DNA of 64,000 nt from NCBI GenBank assembly GCA_963828195.1, contig CAWHDT010000003.1, forward strand, positions 96,001-160,000, written 5' to 3'. The notes under the pieces were generated by a model, which saw only the letters and a program-made list of their open reading frames with translations, searched no databases and was not told the origin of the DNA. This stretch comes from Candidatus Bathyarchaeota archaeon (GTDB lineage: Archaea; Thermoproteota; Bathyarchaeia; Bathyarchaeales; Bathycorpusculaceae). The position numbers and the translations under genes were made by a program. This document shows, piece by piece, positions 7,951 through 18,477 of the stretch; positions within the stretch are counted from its first letter, which is position 1, and each line of letters starts with the position of its first letter.

Positions 7951-10458
7951 CTACTTTGCTGCGGGTTGAGGGACGGGTTTAACCACAGGGGCTGGGGCTG
8001 CTGCTTTGCGTTTGAGCATGTTCTCTAAGGTTGGTTGAAGCTTTGCGTTTTCCGCTTGTATCTTTTCTTTTCCCAGTGCCTCCATCTGCTCGTTCATTTC
8101 CTTGACGATACTGACGAATTTCTCTCCTTCAGCTGATGAAACATAATCAACCCTGAATCTTTCTTTGCTCAATCCAAGCTTTGTCAGCATTCCAGCTAAG
8201 GCATCCATGCGCGCTTTCATCCTGATGTTTCCTGAGATGTAGTGGCAGTCGCTGGGAAGATGGCAGGCGGTTATCAGTACCCCTGCGGCTCCCAGCCTAA
8301 ATGCTTCCATAACGAAGTCCCGATCTACCCGCCCAGTGCACATTACCCTTATCGCCCTTGTAGTAGGAGGGTATTCCAGCCGGCTCGTCCCCGCTCGGTC
8401 CGCGCCGGCGTAACCTCACCAGTTACACATAAACGTCAGTATCTTATCCTCGGGTTTGTTTTCTAAAGCAGCTCTGATTTGCGAGGTTATTTGTTCATCT
8501 GTAAAGTGCATCTGACTTATGGCGTCTTGTGGGCATTCAGCAACGCAGGTTCCGCATCCGTGGCATTGGGCTGCATTTATCTGGGCTGGTTGTCCCTCAG
8601 CCGCGGTTATGGCTCCGAAGGGACAGCTTTTCACGCAGACCCCGCATTTTGCCTTCACGTTTCTGCATTTGGCGATGTCTACTATTGAGACAATTGGCTC
8701 TATCTTCCATTTCGGCTGCGAAAGGATGGTTGCAGCTCTCGCCGCCGCGCCGCTTCCTTGCGCTACGCTGTAGGGTATGTCCTTTGGTCCCTGGCAAGCA
8801 CCTGCTAGGAATACTCCGTCCATAGGTGTGTCCATTGGTTTGAGCTTCGGGTGGCTTTCCATGAAGAACCCGTCTGATCCACGCGTTATGTGCAGGATGC
8901 TGGCCAATTCTTCGGCTCCTTTGCTGGGTATGGCGGCGGTGCTTAGCACAACAAGTTCGGCTTCGACTTCGATGGGTTGTCCAAGCGTCGAGTCCTCTGC
9001 TCGGATAGTCAAGTTTTTGGTTTTTGGGTCTTCCATTATTTGGGACGGTTTTCCCCTGATGAAGATGATTCCCATTTCACGGGCTCTTCGGTAGAATTCT
9101 TCGTAGCCTTTGGAGGGAGTGCGTATATCTATGTAGAAAAGGTAGACTTCCACTTCGTTATGGTAGTGTTCTTTGAGAAGGATGGCTTCTTTTAGCCCAT
9201 ACATGCAGCAGAAACCTGAACAGTACTCGTACTTCTTTACGTCTCTTGAGCCGACGCATTGGATGATGGCAACGCTTTTCGGTCTCTTTCCATCGGATGA
9301 GCGGACTACGTGTCCAGCTGTCGGGCCGCCTGCTGTAATGAGTCTCTCAAACTCCAGAGCTGTAATTACGTTATCGTATTTTCCATAGCCATACCTTGGA
9401 TCGTCATATGGTAGATAAATGTCGCAGCCTGTTGTTGCTATGATTGCTCCAACTTCCAACTCAACTTCTTCTGGCTTTTGATTAAAGTTGATGGCTTCAC
9501 GCGCGCCGCAGGCATCCACGCATTTGAAGCACTCTATGCAGTAATCCCTGTTTATCGAGTAGATAAGAGGCACTGCCTGATCAAACGGAATGGAGATGGC
9601 TTTTCTCACGCCTAAGTTCATATCCCACTCATTGGGGTATTCTATTGGGCAGGCGTCTTTGCATTCTCCGCAGCCAGTACATTTGTCGGCCATAACATAT
9701 TTCGGGTTTTTGCGAACTTTAACTCTGAAGTTGCCTACAAACCCCTCTACTTTGAGGATGTCCGCATTGGTTATTACTTGGACCTTAGGATGGCGCAGTA
9801 CTTCCACCATCCTAGGTCCTTCAATTCATATGCTGCAATCCAAAGTTGGAAAAGTCTTGTCGAGCTGTGCCATGTGTCCTCCTATGCTTGTGTTCTTCTC
9901 GACAAGGTATACTTGGAACCCCATATTAGCCAGATCCAGAGCGGAGTTGATGCCGGCAATGCCGCCGCCGATAACCAAGGCGTTTTTGGTTACAGGGACA
10001 TCCATGGGTTCAAGAGGCTTAAGCAGCCTCGCCTTGGCCACCGCCATCTTTATGGTATCTTTTGCTTTTGCTGTGGCTTCTTTTGGATTACTGGGATGGC
10101 ACCACGAAGCGAACTCACGTATGTTCGCCATTTCAAACACATAGGGATTTAGCCCTGCTTCACTTACGGTTTTCCTAAATGTTGGCTCATGCATCCTTGG
10201 GCTGCAAGCGGCTACGACGACACGGTTCAATCTGTGTTCTTTTATTGCTTTTCTGATTTCTTCTTGTCCCGGGTCAGCGCAGGTGTAGCGGTTTTCTTTA
10301 ACGTAGACTACGTCAGGTATAGTTTTTGCGTACTCGGCGACTGAAGGCACGTCCACGGTTCCTGCGATGTTCATGCCGCAGTGGCAGACGAAAACGCCAA
10401 TCCGTAGCTCTTCTGATTTTTGGGTTTCAGTTTGTTTTTGGGTTTCTGGGCTGCTCAT
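7951..10458 (-). CDS. hdrA: Selenoprotein HdrA-MvhD fusion (heterodisulfide reductase subunit A with C-terminal MvhD), two Sec codons, about 835 aa
   Basis: Three ORF-track pieces are one frame broken only by TGA at 9826-9828 ([15 protein letters not shown]; canonical DCSxC) and TGA at 8416-8418 ([18 protein letters not shown]; canonical MvhD CNWC). Also [20 protein letters not shown], ferredoxin motifs and VMCTGRV. Confidence 0.93.
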
Positions 10459-11390
10459 TTCACTATCTCCACTAAGTTGAATCTTTTTGAAACTACATTA
10501 TGCCTATTCTCGCCAGCGACAGCTCTAAATTCTTTAGCAGCGTCGGTTGGTGAAGTTAGTCTTTCCAGGGCTTTGTTCCATGTGCCTGAATGAATTGAGG
10601 TATGTCTTATTTTTGTTCGTTTAAGAGTTAACGCTTCAGGCACGGGGCAAACGTTTTTGCATGCGCCGCAGTAAGTGCAGAATAATTCGTTAATGTGAAC
10701 TTTCTTGTCTTCGCCCAGCGTTAAGGCGCCGGGGATGGGGCAGATGTCGAGGCAGTCTTGGCATCCTTCGGGGCATTTTTCCTGATTGATTGCGATTACG
10801 CCTTCAAACGTTTTTTTGACTTTTATGGTGCCAGGACTGCATTTGAACTCGCATACTCTGCAAGTTGGGCAATACTCTTTTTGAATGTCAAGGCTGAGTT
10901 GGACGCGTGTCTTCTCGGTAGGTGATAAAGCCTCAAAGTTTTCGATTGGTCTGCCGTCATAACCAACCTTGGAGACTTTAATTAGCGATAGCGGGCAGGC
11001 TTTTTCGCAGTCTACGCATTCTTTCTGGCACTGGCTCGTGTCAACTTTTATGTCGCGGACCAGCTGCGGGTAACTTTCTTTCGCCAGCACAGATAGATCA
11101 TGTGCGCCGTTCAAAGTAACTTTGACTGCGCCATACGGACAGGTGACATCGCAGACGCCGCAGAAATTGCATTTTGCCAAATCAACGTCTATTTTGGCTT
11201 TTTTTGCTTTTTCCCCTTGAATTTTAGGCTGCTTCTGTATGCTTATGGCTTCTTTAGGGCAAGCCAAACTGCATATTTGGCAGCTAACACAGCGTTTTTT
11301 GTCAAGCGTTAACTTGTAATTCTTAACTTGCAAACCCCATTCTAACGTTAAAGCATCTGCCGCATCTTTCTTTACGTTTTTAAACGGCAT
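10455..11390 (-). CDS. Polyferredoxin (FwdF/MvhB-like, multiple 4Fe-4S)
   Basis: Six CxxCxxCxxxC-type motifs; ATGA overlap with hdrA. Confidence 0.85.
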   Translation of the reverse strand: MPFKNVKKDAADALTLEWGLQVKNYKLTLDKKRCVSCQICSLACPKEAISIQKQPKIQGEKAKKAKIDVDLAKCNFCGVCDVTCPYGAVKVTLNGAHDLSVLAKESYPQLVRDIKVDTSQCQKECVDCEKACPLSLIKVSKVGYDGRPIENFEALSPTEKTRVQLSLDIQKEYCPTCRVCEFKCSPGTIKVKKTFEGVIAINQEKCPEGCQDCLDICPIPGALTLGEDKKVHINELFCTYCGACKNVCPVPEALTLKRTKIRHTSIHSGTWNKALERLTSPTDAAKEFRAVAGENRHNVVSKRFNLVEIVK

Positions 11391-11657
11391 TTATTTTATC
11401 ACCGAGAGGTTCTTTCCCGCAAAGTCAATTAGTTTAGAGCCCGAACAGGTTAATTAGAATGATTGGAGTACAGAGCTTTTGATATAAATATTGCTTGAAA
11501 AAACAACCGTTTTCCTCATAACAAACTACAAATCTTCTCCATTCCATTTTAGATTCTGATAGAGCGAATTGACCGTAAATATTAAAGATGTATCTGGCGT
11601 AATAATGCTGAACTTGAGTAATGCTGATCTATGCTTTGTTTAAGCATTAAAGGTTGA

Positions 11658-12281
11658 TTGGATGGTGGAAAAGTGAAGGTTTGTCTAGTTTCCTGTAGTG
11701 TTCTTAAAGAGGAGATAAAGGAATTAATCAAACAGGAACGCTTAGCTGGCGACGTAGTTTATGTGAGCAAATACTTCCATGTGGATTATGAACTTGTGGA
11801 GAAAAACGTTCGAAAAGTCCTGGAAAAAACCGTGCCGAAATATTTTGGAAAAGTAGTACTCGTATATGGAGATTTTTGTTTAGGCCAAGATAACGAAATG
11901 AAAAAGCTCGCTGAAGAATACGGAATTGTTAAAGTTGACGCAGTGAACTGCGTTGATTGTCAGCTTGGCGGAAAAGGCGCTTTTCTTGAAGCAGACCCAA
12001 ATCATAACCTTATGTTTATGGGTCCAGGAATGATAGAGTTCTTCAAGTACATGAAAGAAAAAATGCTGAAAGAAGGGGTTGATGAGGCAACCTTTGCGAA
12101 CATGTTCAGCGGCATTAAAGGCATCGTGCTACTAGTTACTTGTGGAAACGCAGAAAAATACAAAGAAGAGCTGAAAAAAATAGGCGTTGGGCTTCCAATT
12201 CTGGAAACAAGAGAAATAGGTTTAGAAAACTTTAGACAAGTTATTTCTGATGCACTTGAACGTGTAAGTGGAGCTCCTTGA
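11658..12281 (+). CDS. DUF1638 domain protein
   Basis: SCSVLKEEI, LVYGDFC, AVNCVDCQLGG pattern. Confidence 0.7.
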   Translation: MDGGKVKVCLVSCSVLKEEIKELIKQERLAGDVVYVSKYFHVDYELVEKNVRKVLEKTVPKYFGKVVLVYGDFCLGQDNEMKKLAEEYGIVKVDAVNCVDCQLGGKGAFLEADPNHNLMFMGPGMIEFFKYMKEKMLKEGVDEATFANMFSGIKGIVLLVTCGNAEKYKEELKKIGVGLPILETREIGLENFRQVISDALERVSGAP

Positions 12282-12395
12282 CTCTTTAACGCTTGAAACT
12301 TAAGTAATTGAATGCTTGAACATCAAGGGATGAACCGCAAATATTAAAGACGCATCCGCACAATAATGCATTCTATTACGTGTGGATGTGCTTTA

Positions 12396-15300
12396 ATGAC
12401 GCAAACGGTTACCTCTCAACCTATGAAGCGAGTTGAAGATTGGAAGTCACGGTTAATCGACCTCTCAAAAAGAAACAATCTCTTATTTTTCCATAAGGCA
12501 AAACGCGGAAACCTTGCTGTCACGCAGCCTGAACAGCAGGCAATATTCAATATGTTAGTTTTGAAGAAACGACGTTTAGAGTTCTGGATGCCTCCTGAAG
12601 AGAAAAAGCCTGAGATACAAGGCAAGGCAAAAGTTAAAGGAAAAGCTAAGGCTAAAACAGCCAAAAGCAACGTAACCGCAGCAGTTAAGCCCGATAGCGA
12701 TGCTGAAGTGCCGGAAGCATCAAAGCAGCGCCCAACCGCCAATCAGCTGGTCTGTGGGAACCTGTCTCGTACTGACCTTGAAAGAACTCTTAAAGGGTTG
12801 CAGTGGCGTTCTCTTCTTGATTACCGCGAACGAGGAGTTCGCATTCTGCATGCTGCATTCGGCACTTTGAACTGGGTAGATTTGGAGACAAAAGAAAACG
12901 TTCAGTCCCCCCTAATTCTTGTACCTTTAGAATTAACGCGGGATTCTATACGCAAACCCTACGAGATCGCGGTGCCGCCAGTTGAAGAAGAAGCAGTCCT
13001 AAACCCTGCATTGCAGGTTAAACTGAAAAACGACTACAAAATTGAGTTGCCGCCTTTGCCTGATGAGTGGGAAAACCAAAACTTGACAGACTACTTTAGC
13101 ACGGTAAATCAAGCTGTTGCTGAAATGGGTTGGAAGGCTGAGCCGTCGGTTGACCTTGGCCTTTTTTCATTCCAAAAACTCGTTATTTACAAAGACTTGG
13201 AGGCGAACGCTGATTTAGTTACCCAGCATCCGATAATTCGAGCAATCGCCGGCATAAAAGAAGACAACCTTATCTTGGAAGGCTTGCCTGACGAGAAAGA
13301 CGTGGACAAAATTGAGGCTCCAGAAAAAACCTATCAAGTTCTTGATGCCGACAGCAGCCAACGGGTTGCGATTGAGTATGCGTTGCGGGGACAAAGCTTT
13401 GTCATGAAAGGTCCGCCTGGAACGGGAAAAAGCCAAACTATCGCAAACATAATTGCTGAATGTATTGCTAACGGAAAATCTGTGCTTTTTGTTAGCGACA
13501 AGATGGCTGCTCTGGAAGTGGTTTATAAGAGGTTAAGTGAGGTTGGTTTAGCTCATTTCTGCCTTGAACTTCACAGCAGCAAAGCTAACAAGCAGCAAGT
13601 TGTGGCTGAACTCAAACGTAGTCTTGACGAAAACCTTGTTCCCCGTAAACTGCCGTCGCCTCATGAGTTCGAGCGGATGACTGAATACCGTGAAGCATTA
13701 AATGGTTATGTTACTGCGTTGCATGAGAAACGTCCATACTTGCAGAGAAGCGCTTATGAAGTTTTAAGCTTGATTTCAAGCCTTGAACGGGTTGCCTTTG
13801 TACCGGTGGGCTTAACTGAACTGGGTACCTTGACGCCTCAGAAGATGCATGAGCTTGAAGAACTTGTTTCTCAATTAAGCAAAGTGTGGCAGGTTATAGA
13901 AGAACCAGATTTTCCATGGCTAGGTTACCGCGCAAACACCTATAATCTTGAAATTCGCTCAGAAGTGTTAACCGAGCTTGAAAACATAAGCGAAACATTG
14001 CACGAACTGCAGCTGGAAAACGAAGATTTTTCCGCCAAATTTGGCGTGTTTCCGCCCGAGACGTTTGCGCGGTTAAAATGGCTTCTTGAAGTCAGCAAGT
14101 TTCTCTATGAAAGCCCCAAGCCAGAAGCTTCTTGGTTAACGAACCCTGACATTGAAAAACTCTTAAACGAAGCAAAAACCTACAATGACACTGCCGTCTG
14201 GATTAAGAACACCCGCATCAACCTTATGGAACGTTATCACCCATCATTATTCAACCTGGTCCTCAACCGGTCAACGGAAATAAAACAGCAACTTGACGCG
14301 CTCGACAGGATGTTGCCAGCGGTAGAGTTGGAAGAAAGCGAGTTTTTGCACAAACAAGAGCAGCTCTTAGCTTACCTAAGGCACACACAGTTATCATTAA
14401 AGAAGTGGCGTGAAACCTCGCAAGCGCTTGCTCCGATGCTTGGATTAGATAGCGAAGGCTTGACGATTAATCAATTAAAAGAATTATCTAAAATGGCGCT
14501 GTTATGTTTCGCAGAGGACAAACCTGAGCCTCAATGGTTCGACGCCGGCTATTTCAGGCAAGTTCAAGAAACAGTTTCAAAAGCAAAACGGCTCTACCAA
14601 GACCACAACTTGCTGAAAAGCAGGCTTGACCAAACCTACACGGACGGCATTTACGAGCTTGACCTTGACGGACTCATCGAAAGATACAACGAGTACCAAG
14701 GCTCTCTGAACATATTTAATTCCGCTTACCGCAGCGACCAAAAACAAATCGCCAGAGTAACCAACGACGGCAAAGTTCCGAAAACCGTGCTAACCGACCT
14801 CATCGACGCCCGCAAAGTCAAAAAGCTGCACACCCAGATTGAGGAGTCAGCTGAAACAGTCAGAACCTTGCTTGGTCACTACTATCATAAGTCCAAAACA
14901 GATTTTCAGGGCGCAGAAAAAGCGATGGAGTTAACTGCTGAAATTCGCAAGCTTTCTTGGGCAACCCAAATTCCAGAAAACCTCTTGAAACTAATAACTA
15001 ACACTTCCAGCCCTTCGCCGATGATTAAGAATTTAGGCTTAGAGCTTCAGGAGTCCGTTGATAAGTGGGAGCAGCTTGGCAAAGATCTGGAGCCGCTTAT
15101 ACCTCCAAGCATTCCTAAATCAGCAACCGCTATTACTCAAACGCCATTGCAGCTGCTTGAGGAATGGGCGACTGAGACAGAAAAACAACTGAACTCCCTG
15201 TTCACGCTGACCAAAGAGACAATGGCAACATGTAAGCAGGAACCTCAGAACTACAAGCAACTTTTGAAAGACCTAAGAGACGCTGAAGATATACGGAAAA

Positions 15301-18071
15301 AAGAAGCCGCCATAATAGGCGAAAAAACCCAGCTTCAAGCAAAATTCGGCTCACGCTTCCATGAGTTAGAAACGGATTGGCAAGATATTTTAGCCGTTCT
15401 AGGCTGGTCAAAAATCGTTCAAGCAGCTTTCCTTGACATCCCGATTCCACAAGCCTACGCAAGTATTGCGAGTCAGGGCCCCGCCGCCGCGCCATTAAAT
15501 ACGGAACTTAACCAAAAATTCAACGCTTCATTAAATGTTCTGTCAGCTTTTGAAGCCCGTTTTGAATCGGAAATGAAATATCAAAACCGAAGGCTGAAGG
15601 ATTTAGAAATTAAAGTAATCGGCGAAAGAATAAAAGCCCTTCGGGACCGAGTTGACGACTTGCAAGTTTGGATTGACTTCAAAGACATCAAAAACCGCTT
15701 TGCCCTAAGGGGCTTAGACCAATTCTTTAATCGTTTGGCGGAGCAGCATATTATGGCTGATGACTTAGTTGATGTTTTCCGCAGAGGAGTCTATCAAGAA
15801 TGGATAAACAACCTCTACAGTGAAGATCAGAAGTTGGGTAGGTTTAGAAGGGAAAATCATGAGCAGGTAGTTGAGGACTTCAGGAAATTAGACCAAGACC
15901 TTATTCACTTGACCTCCAGCATGGTTATTGAACAGGCAAACAGCCGAAAACCCCAGGACATACTGGTTCAGGCAGCCGACAGCGAAGCCAACATTTTGCT
16001 TAAAGAAGCCGCAAAGAAGAGGCAGTTAATGCCGATTCGCACGCTGCTGCAGAAGATTCCTAACCTGCTTGTTAAACTAAAGCCTTGCCTATTAATGAGC
16101 CCAATAACCGTCAGCCAGTTCCTGCCCCCTGAAAGCAACAAGTTTGACTTAGTTTTGTTTGATGAGGCTTCGCAGATTGTTCCTGAAGACGCCATCGGCT
16201 CAATTTACCGTGGAAAAACCTTGGTTGTTGCAGGCGATAACAAGCAGTTGCCGCCAACATCTTTCTTCCAGAAAAACCTCATTGACGACGTTGACTGGGA
16301 CGAGTTAAGCGACGAGGACCTGGAAGTCTTCGACAGCATACTTGATGAGTGTTTAGGCATCGGGTTACCAGTTAAAACTTTGAAGTGGCACTACCGAAGC
16401 AGACATGAAGACTTAATTGCATTCTCAAACCACCGCTTCTACGACGACAACCTTATAACTTTTCCCGCGGCAAAAGCCCAAACAGATAGCTTAGGCGTAA
16501 AATTAATCTATGTTCCTGACGGCGTCTATGACCGCGGCGGCAAAAGAAACAACCCGAATGAAGCAGAAAAAGTAGCCGACCTCGTTTTCGAACACTTCCG
16601 CCTGTACCCCAAGAAAACCTTGGGGGTTGTAACCTTTAGCGTGGCGCAGATGGAAACCGTTGAAGAAGCCATAGATCGCCGACTTAAAGAGCACCCTGAC
16701 TTCGAGCAGTTCTTTAAAGAAGATCGGCTGGAAGGCTTTTTCGTTAAGAACTTGGAGAACGTGCAAGGCGACGAGCGGGATGTTATATTCTTCAGCGTCG
16801 GCTACGGTTATGACCAGCAGAAACAAATGGCGATGAACTTTGGGCCATTAAACAAGCCTGGCGGCGAACGACGCTTAAACGTTGCCGTTACCCGTGCCCG
16901 CGAAAAAGTAGTTCTAATCACCTCGATTAAAGCCACGGATATTGATGCTGAAACTAAAGCAGTCGGAGTCCAAACGCTACGTTACTACCTTGACTACGCA
17001 GAGCATGGGCCTGAAACGTTAGAGTCAGTTAAGTCTAAAGAAGGCGAGTTTGAGTCAGCTTTAGACGAAGATGTAGCGGCGGAAATAAAGAAGATGGGGT
17101 ATGAAGTAGTTCCGCAGGTAGGCTGCAGCGGCTACCGAATAGACATCGGCGTGGTCAACCCAGTTAACCCTGGAAACTACCTGTTAGGCGTAGAATGCGA
17201 CGGCGCCACATACAAATCCAGCAGCAGCGCACGAGACAGAGACCGACTCCGCGAGCAAGTGCTCAGGCAACTAGGCTGGCGCATCCACCGCATTTGGTCT
17301 CCAGCTTGGGTTGCAAGACGCGACTCTGAAATCCGACGACTAAAAGACACTCTTGAACAAGCAAACAAATTACAACTTGAAAAAGACACCCAGAAACCAA
17401 TCATTGACACAAAAGAAAATATGGCTCCGAAAACCGATGTTCAGAAAAACCATTTTGCAGGTGTAGAAAAAATCGGGCAGCCCTACAAGATTTACCCGCT
17501 TAAAGCAACCTTTAACCCGTACATTAAAGTTGCGACAGCCCAATCCACGTATGATTCGCGTCAGAAAAACGAGTTTCACTTTCCCGAAAACAGGGAAGCT
17601 CAAACAAAACTTCTCGCTGAGCTTGTGCAAAATGAGGGTCCGGTGCATTTTGACTATGCTGTTGAACGTTTAGCTGCTGCGTGGGGTGCTAAGCAGGTGA
17701 CGCCGCAGATAACTCACGCGGTAAAGGAAGCGCTCAACAACTTGATAAGGGAACAGAAAGTGGTGATTAAAGGCAGTTTCCTTTGGCCGCTTGGACTTAA
17801 AGAAACGCCGATCCGCGTTCCAGTGCAGGGCATTCCTGAATCCAAACGCAAAGCCGAGTACATTGCTCCTGAAGAAATTGAATCCGCCATGACGCTGGTT
17901 GCTCAGTACGCGCTAGGCATAAGTGAAGATTCGTTGATTGCTGAGACCGAAAAAGTGTTCGGTGTCAACCATTCAGGCGAAGAAGGCAAAGCGGTGTTCT
18001 CTGAAATACTGAAGCGGCTAATGAGAGACAGAAAACTCGTCAGCAAAGACGACGTCGTCACCGCCGCTTAA
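12396..18071 (+). CDS. DUF4011 / SF1 (Upf1-like) helicase / Vsr-like REase / DUF3320 multidomain protein
   Basis: WKSRLIDLSKRNNLL (DUF4011), GPPGTGKSQT, FDEASQ, GDNKQLPP, HYRS, ENVQGDERD, RRLNVAVTRAR, RIDIGV..GVECDG..RDRDRLR..GWRIHRIWS; start taken at ATG 12396 (track 12366). Confidence 0.9.
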   Translation: MTQTVTSQPMKRVEDWKSRLIDLSKRNNLLFFHKAKRGNLAVTQPEQQAIFNMLVLKKRRLEFWMPPEEKKPEIQGKAKVKGKAKAKTAKSNVTAAVKPDSDAEVPEASKQRPTANQLVCGNLSRTDLERTLKGLQWRSLLDYRERGVRILHAAFGTLNWVDLETKENVQSPLILVPLELTRDSIRKPYEIAVPPVEEEAVLNPALQVKLKNDYKIELPPLPDEWENQNLTDYFSTVNQAVAEMGWKAEPSVDLGLFSFQKLVIYKDLEANADLVTQHPIIRAIAGIKEDNLILEGLPDEKDVDKIEAPEKTYQVLDADSSQRVAIEYALRGQSFVMKGPPGTGKSQTIANIIAECIANGKSVLFVSDKMAALEVVYKRLSEVGLAHFCLELHSSKANKQQVVAELKRSLDENLVPRKLPSPHEFERMTEYREALNGYVTALHEKRPYLQRSAYEVLSLISSLERVAFVPVGLTELGTLTPQKMHELEELVSQLSKVWQVIEEPDFPWLGYRANTYNLEIRSEVLTELENISETLHELQLENEDFSAKFGVFPPETFARLKWLLEVSKFLYESPKPEASWLTNPDIEKLLNEAKTYNDTAVWIKNTRINLMERYHPSLFNLVLNRSTEIKQQLDALDRMLPAVELEESEFLHKQEQLLAYLRHTQLSLKKWRETSQALAPMLGLDSEGLTINQLKELSKMALLCFAEDKPEPQWFDAGYFRQVQETVSKAKRLYQDHNLLKSRLDQTYTDGIYELDLDGLIERYNEYQGSLNIFNSAYRSDQKQIARVTNDGKVPKTVLTDLIDARKVKKLHTQIEESAETVRTLLGHYYHKSKTDFQGAEKAMELTAEIRKLSWATQIPENLLKLITNTSSPSPMIKNLGLELQESVDKWEQLGKDLEPLIPPSIPKSATAITQTPLQLLEEWATETEKQLNSLFTLTKETMATCKQEPQNYKQLLKDLRDAEDIRKKEAAIIGEKTQLQAKFGSRFHELETDWQDILAVLGWSKIVQAAFLDIPIPQAYASIASQGPAAAPLNTELNQKFNASLNVLSAFEARFESEMKYQNRRLKDLEIKVIGERIKALRDRVDDLQVWIDFKDIKNRFALRGLDQFFNRLAEQHIMADDLVDVFRRGVYQEWINNLYSEDQKLGRFRRENHEQVVEDFRKLDQDLIHLTSSMVIEQANSRKPQDILVQAADSEANILLKEAAKKRQLMPIRTLLQKIPNLLVKLKPCLLMSPITVSQFLPPESNKFDLVLFDEASQIVPEDAIGSIYRGKTLVVAGDNKQLPPTSFFQKNLIDDVDWDELSDEDLEVFDSILDECLGIGLPVKTLKWHYRSRHEDLIAFSNHRFYDDNLITFPAAKAQTDSLGVKLIYVPDGVYDRGGKRNNPNEAEKVADLVFEHFRLYPKKTLGVVTFSVAQMETVEEAIDRRLKEHPDFEQFFKEDRLEGFFVKNLENVQGDERDVIFFSVGYGYDQQKQMAMNFGPLNKPGGERRLNVAVTRAREKVVLITSIKATDIDAETKAVGVQTLRYYLDYAEHGPETLESVKSKEGEFESALDEDVAAEIKKMGYEVVPQVGCSGYRIDIGVVNPVNPGNYLLGVECDGATYKSSSSARDRDRLREQVLRQLGWRIHRIWSPAWVARRDSEIRRLKDTLEQANKLQLEKDTQKPIIDTKENMAPKTDVQKNHFAGVEKIGQPYKIYPLKATFNPYIKVATAQSTYDSRQKNEFHFPENREAQTKLLAELVQNEGPVHFDYAVERLAAAWGAKQVTPQITHAVKEALNNLIREQKVVIKGSFLWPLGLKETPIRVPVQGIPESKRKAEYIAPEEIESAMTLVAQYALGISEDSLIAETEKVFGVNHSGEEGKAVFSEILKRLMRDRKLVSKDDVVTAA

Positions 18072-18136
18072 GCACCCCTTTTTTGTGTGCTTTATTGTAA
18101 AAAAGCGCTCGAAGCGTTTGAGATATTGGTTTAGTT

Positions 18137-18333
18137 TTTTGAAAGAACAACAACACCCGAAAAACAACTGTTGTTCTTCTTCAATATTTTTCAAAAGAAG
18201 AAGAAGCTTGGTGAAAGTGTTTTTCTTCTTCTATGGTCCTGTTTCTTTTTTGTTGTTGTTTTTTTGCACAAATAGTAGGTAGGTCCATAGGTGGGTCGGC
18301 TGCTTAGGTCCAGGGCTTGTTTTGGTTGATTTT
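18137..18333 (-). repeat. Dispersed non-coding repeat, copy A
   Basis: 43/44-nt identical core (18137-18180) with 63846-63889 in inverted orientation; weaker similarity over ~200 bp. Confidence 0.8.
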
Positions 18334-18477
18334 TGAGTTTAGGGACATTTGCCTTGGGTTTTGGTGCTGGCATCAAAAATCACATATAAAATACTCTCAA
18401 AGACCCATTTAATGTTTTGAGGAATCGCTGTTGTGCTGAATATCTTCGTGCCCAAGCCTTCAAAGCTAAAGTGAAGC

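Noticed and set aside
7951-10458. Three separate genes or an hdrA pseudogene, as in the ORF track
   Set aside because: Both breaks are in-frame TGA at conserved Cys positions and the Sec machinery is adjacent.
18085-18376. Short ORFs 18085-18282 and 18191-18376
   Set aside because: Low-complexity translations of the non-coding repeat; the indels relative to copy B argue against a conserved frame.
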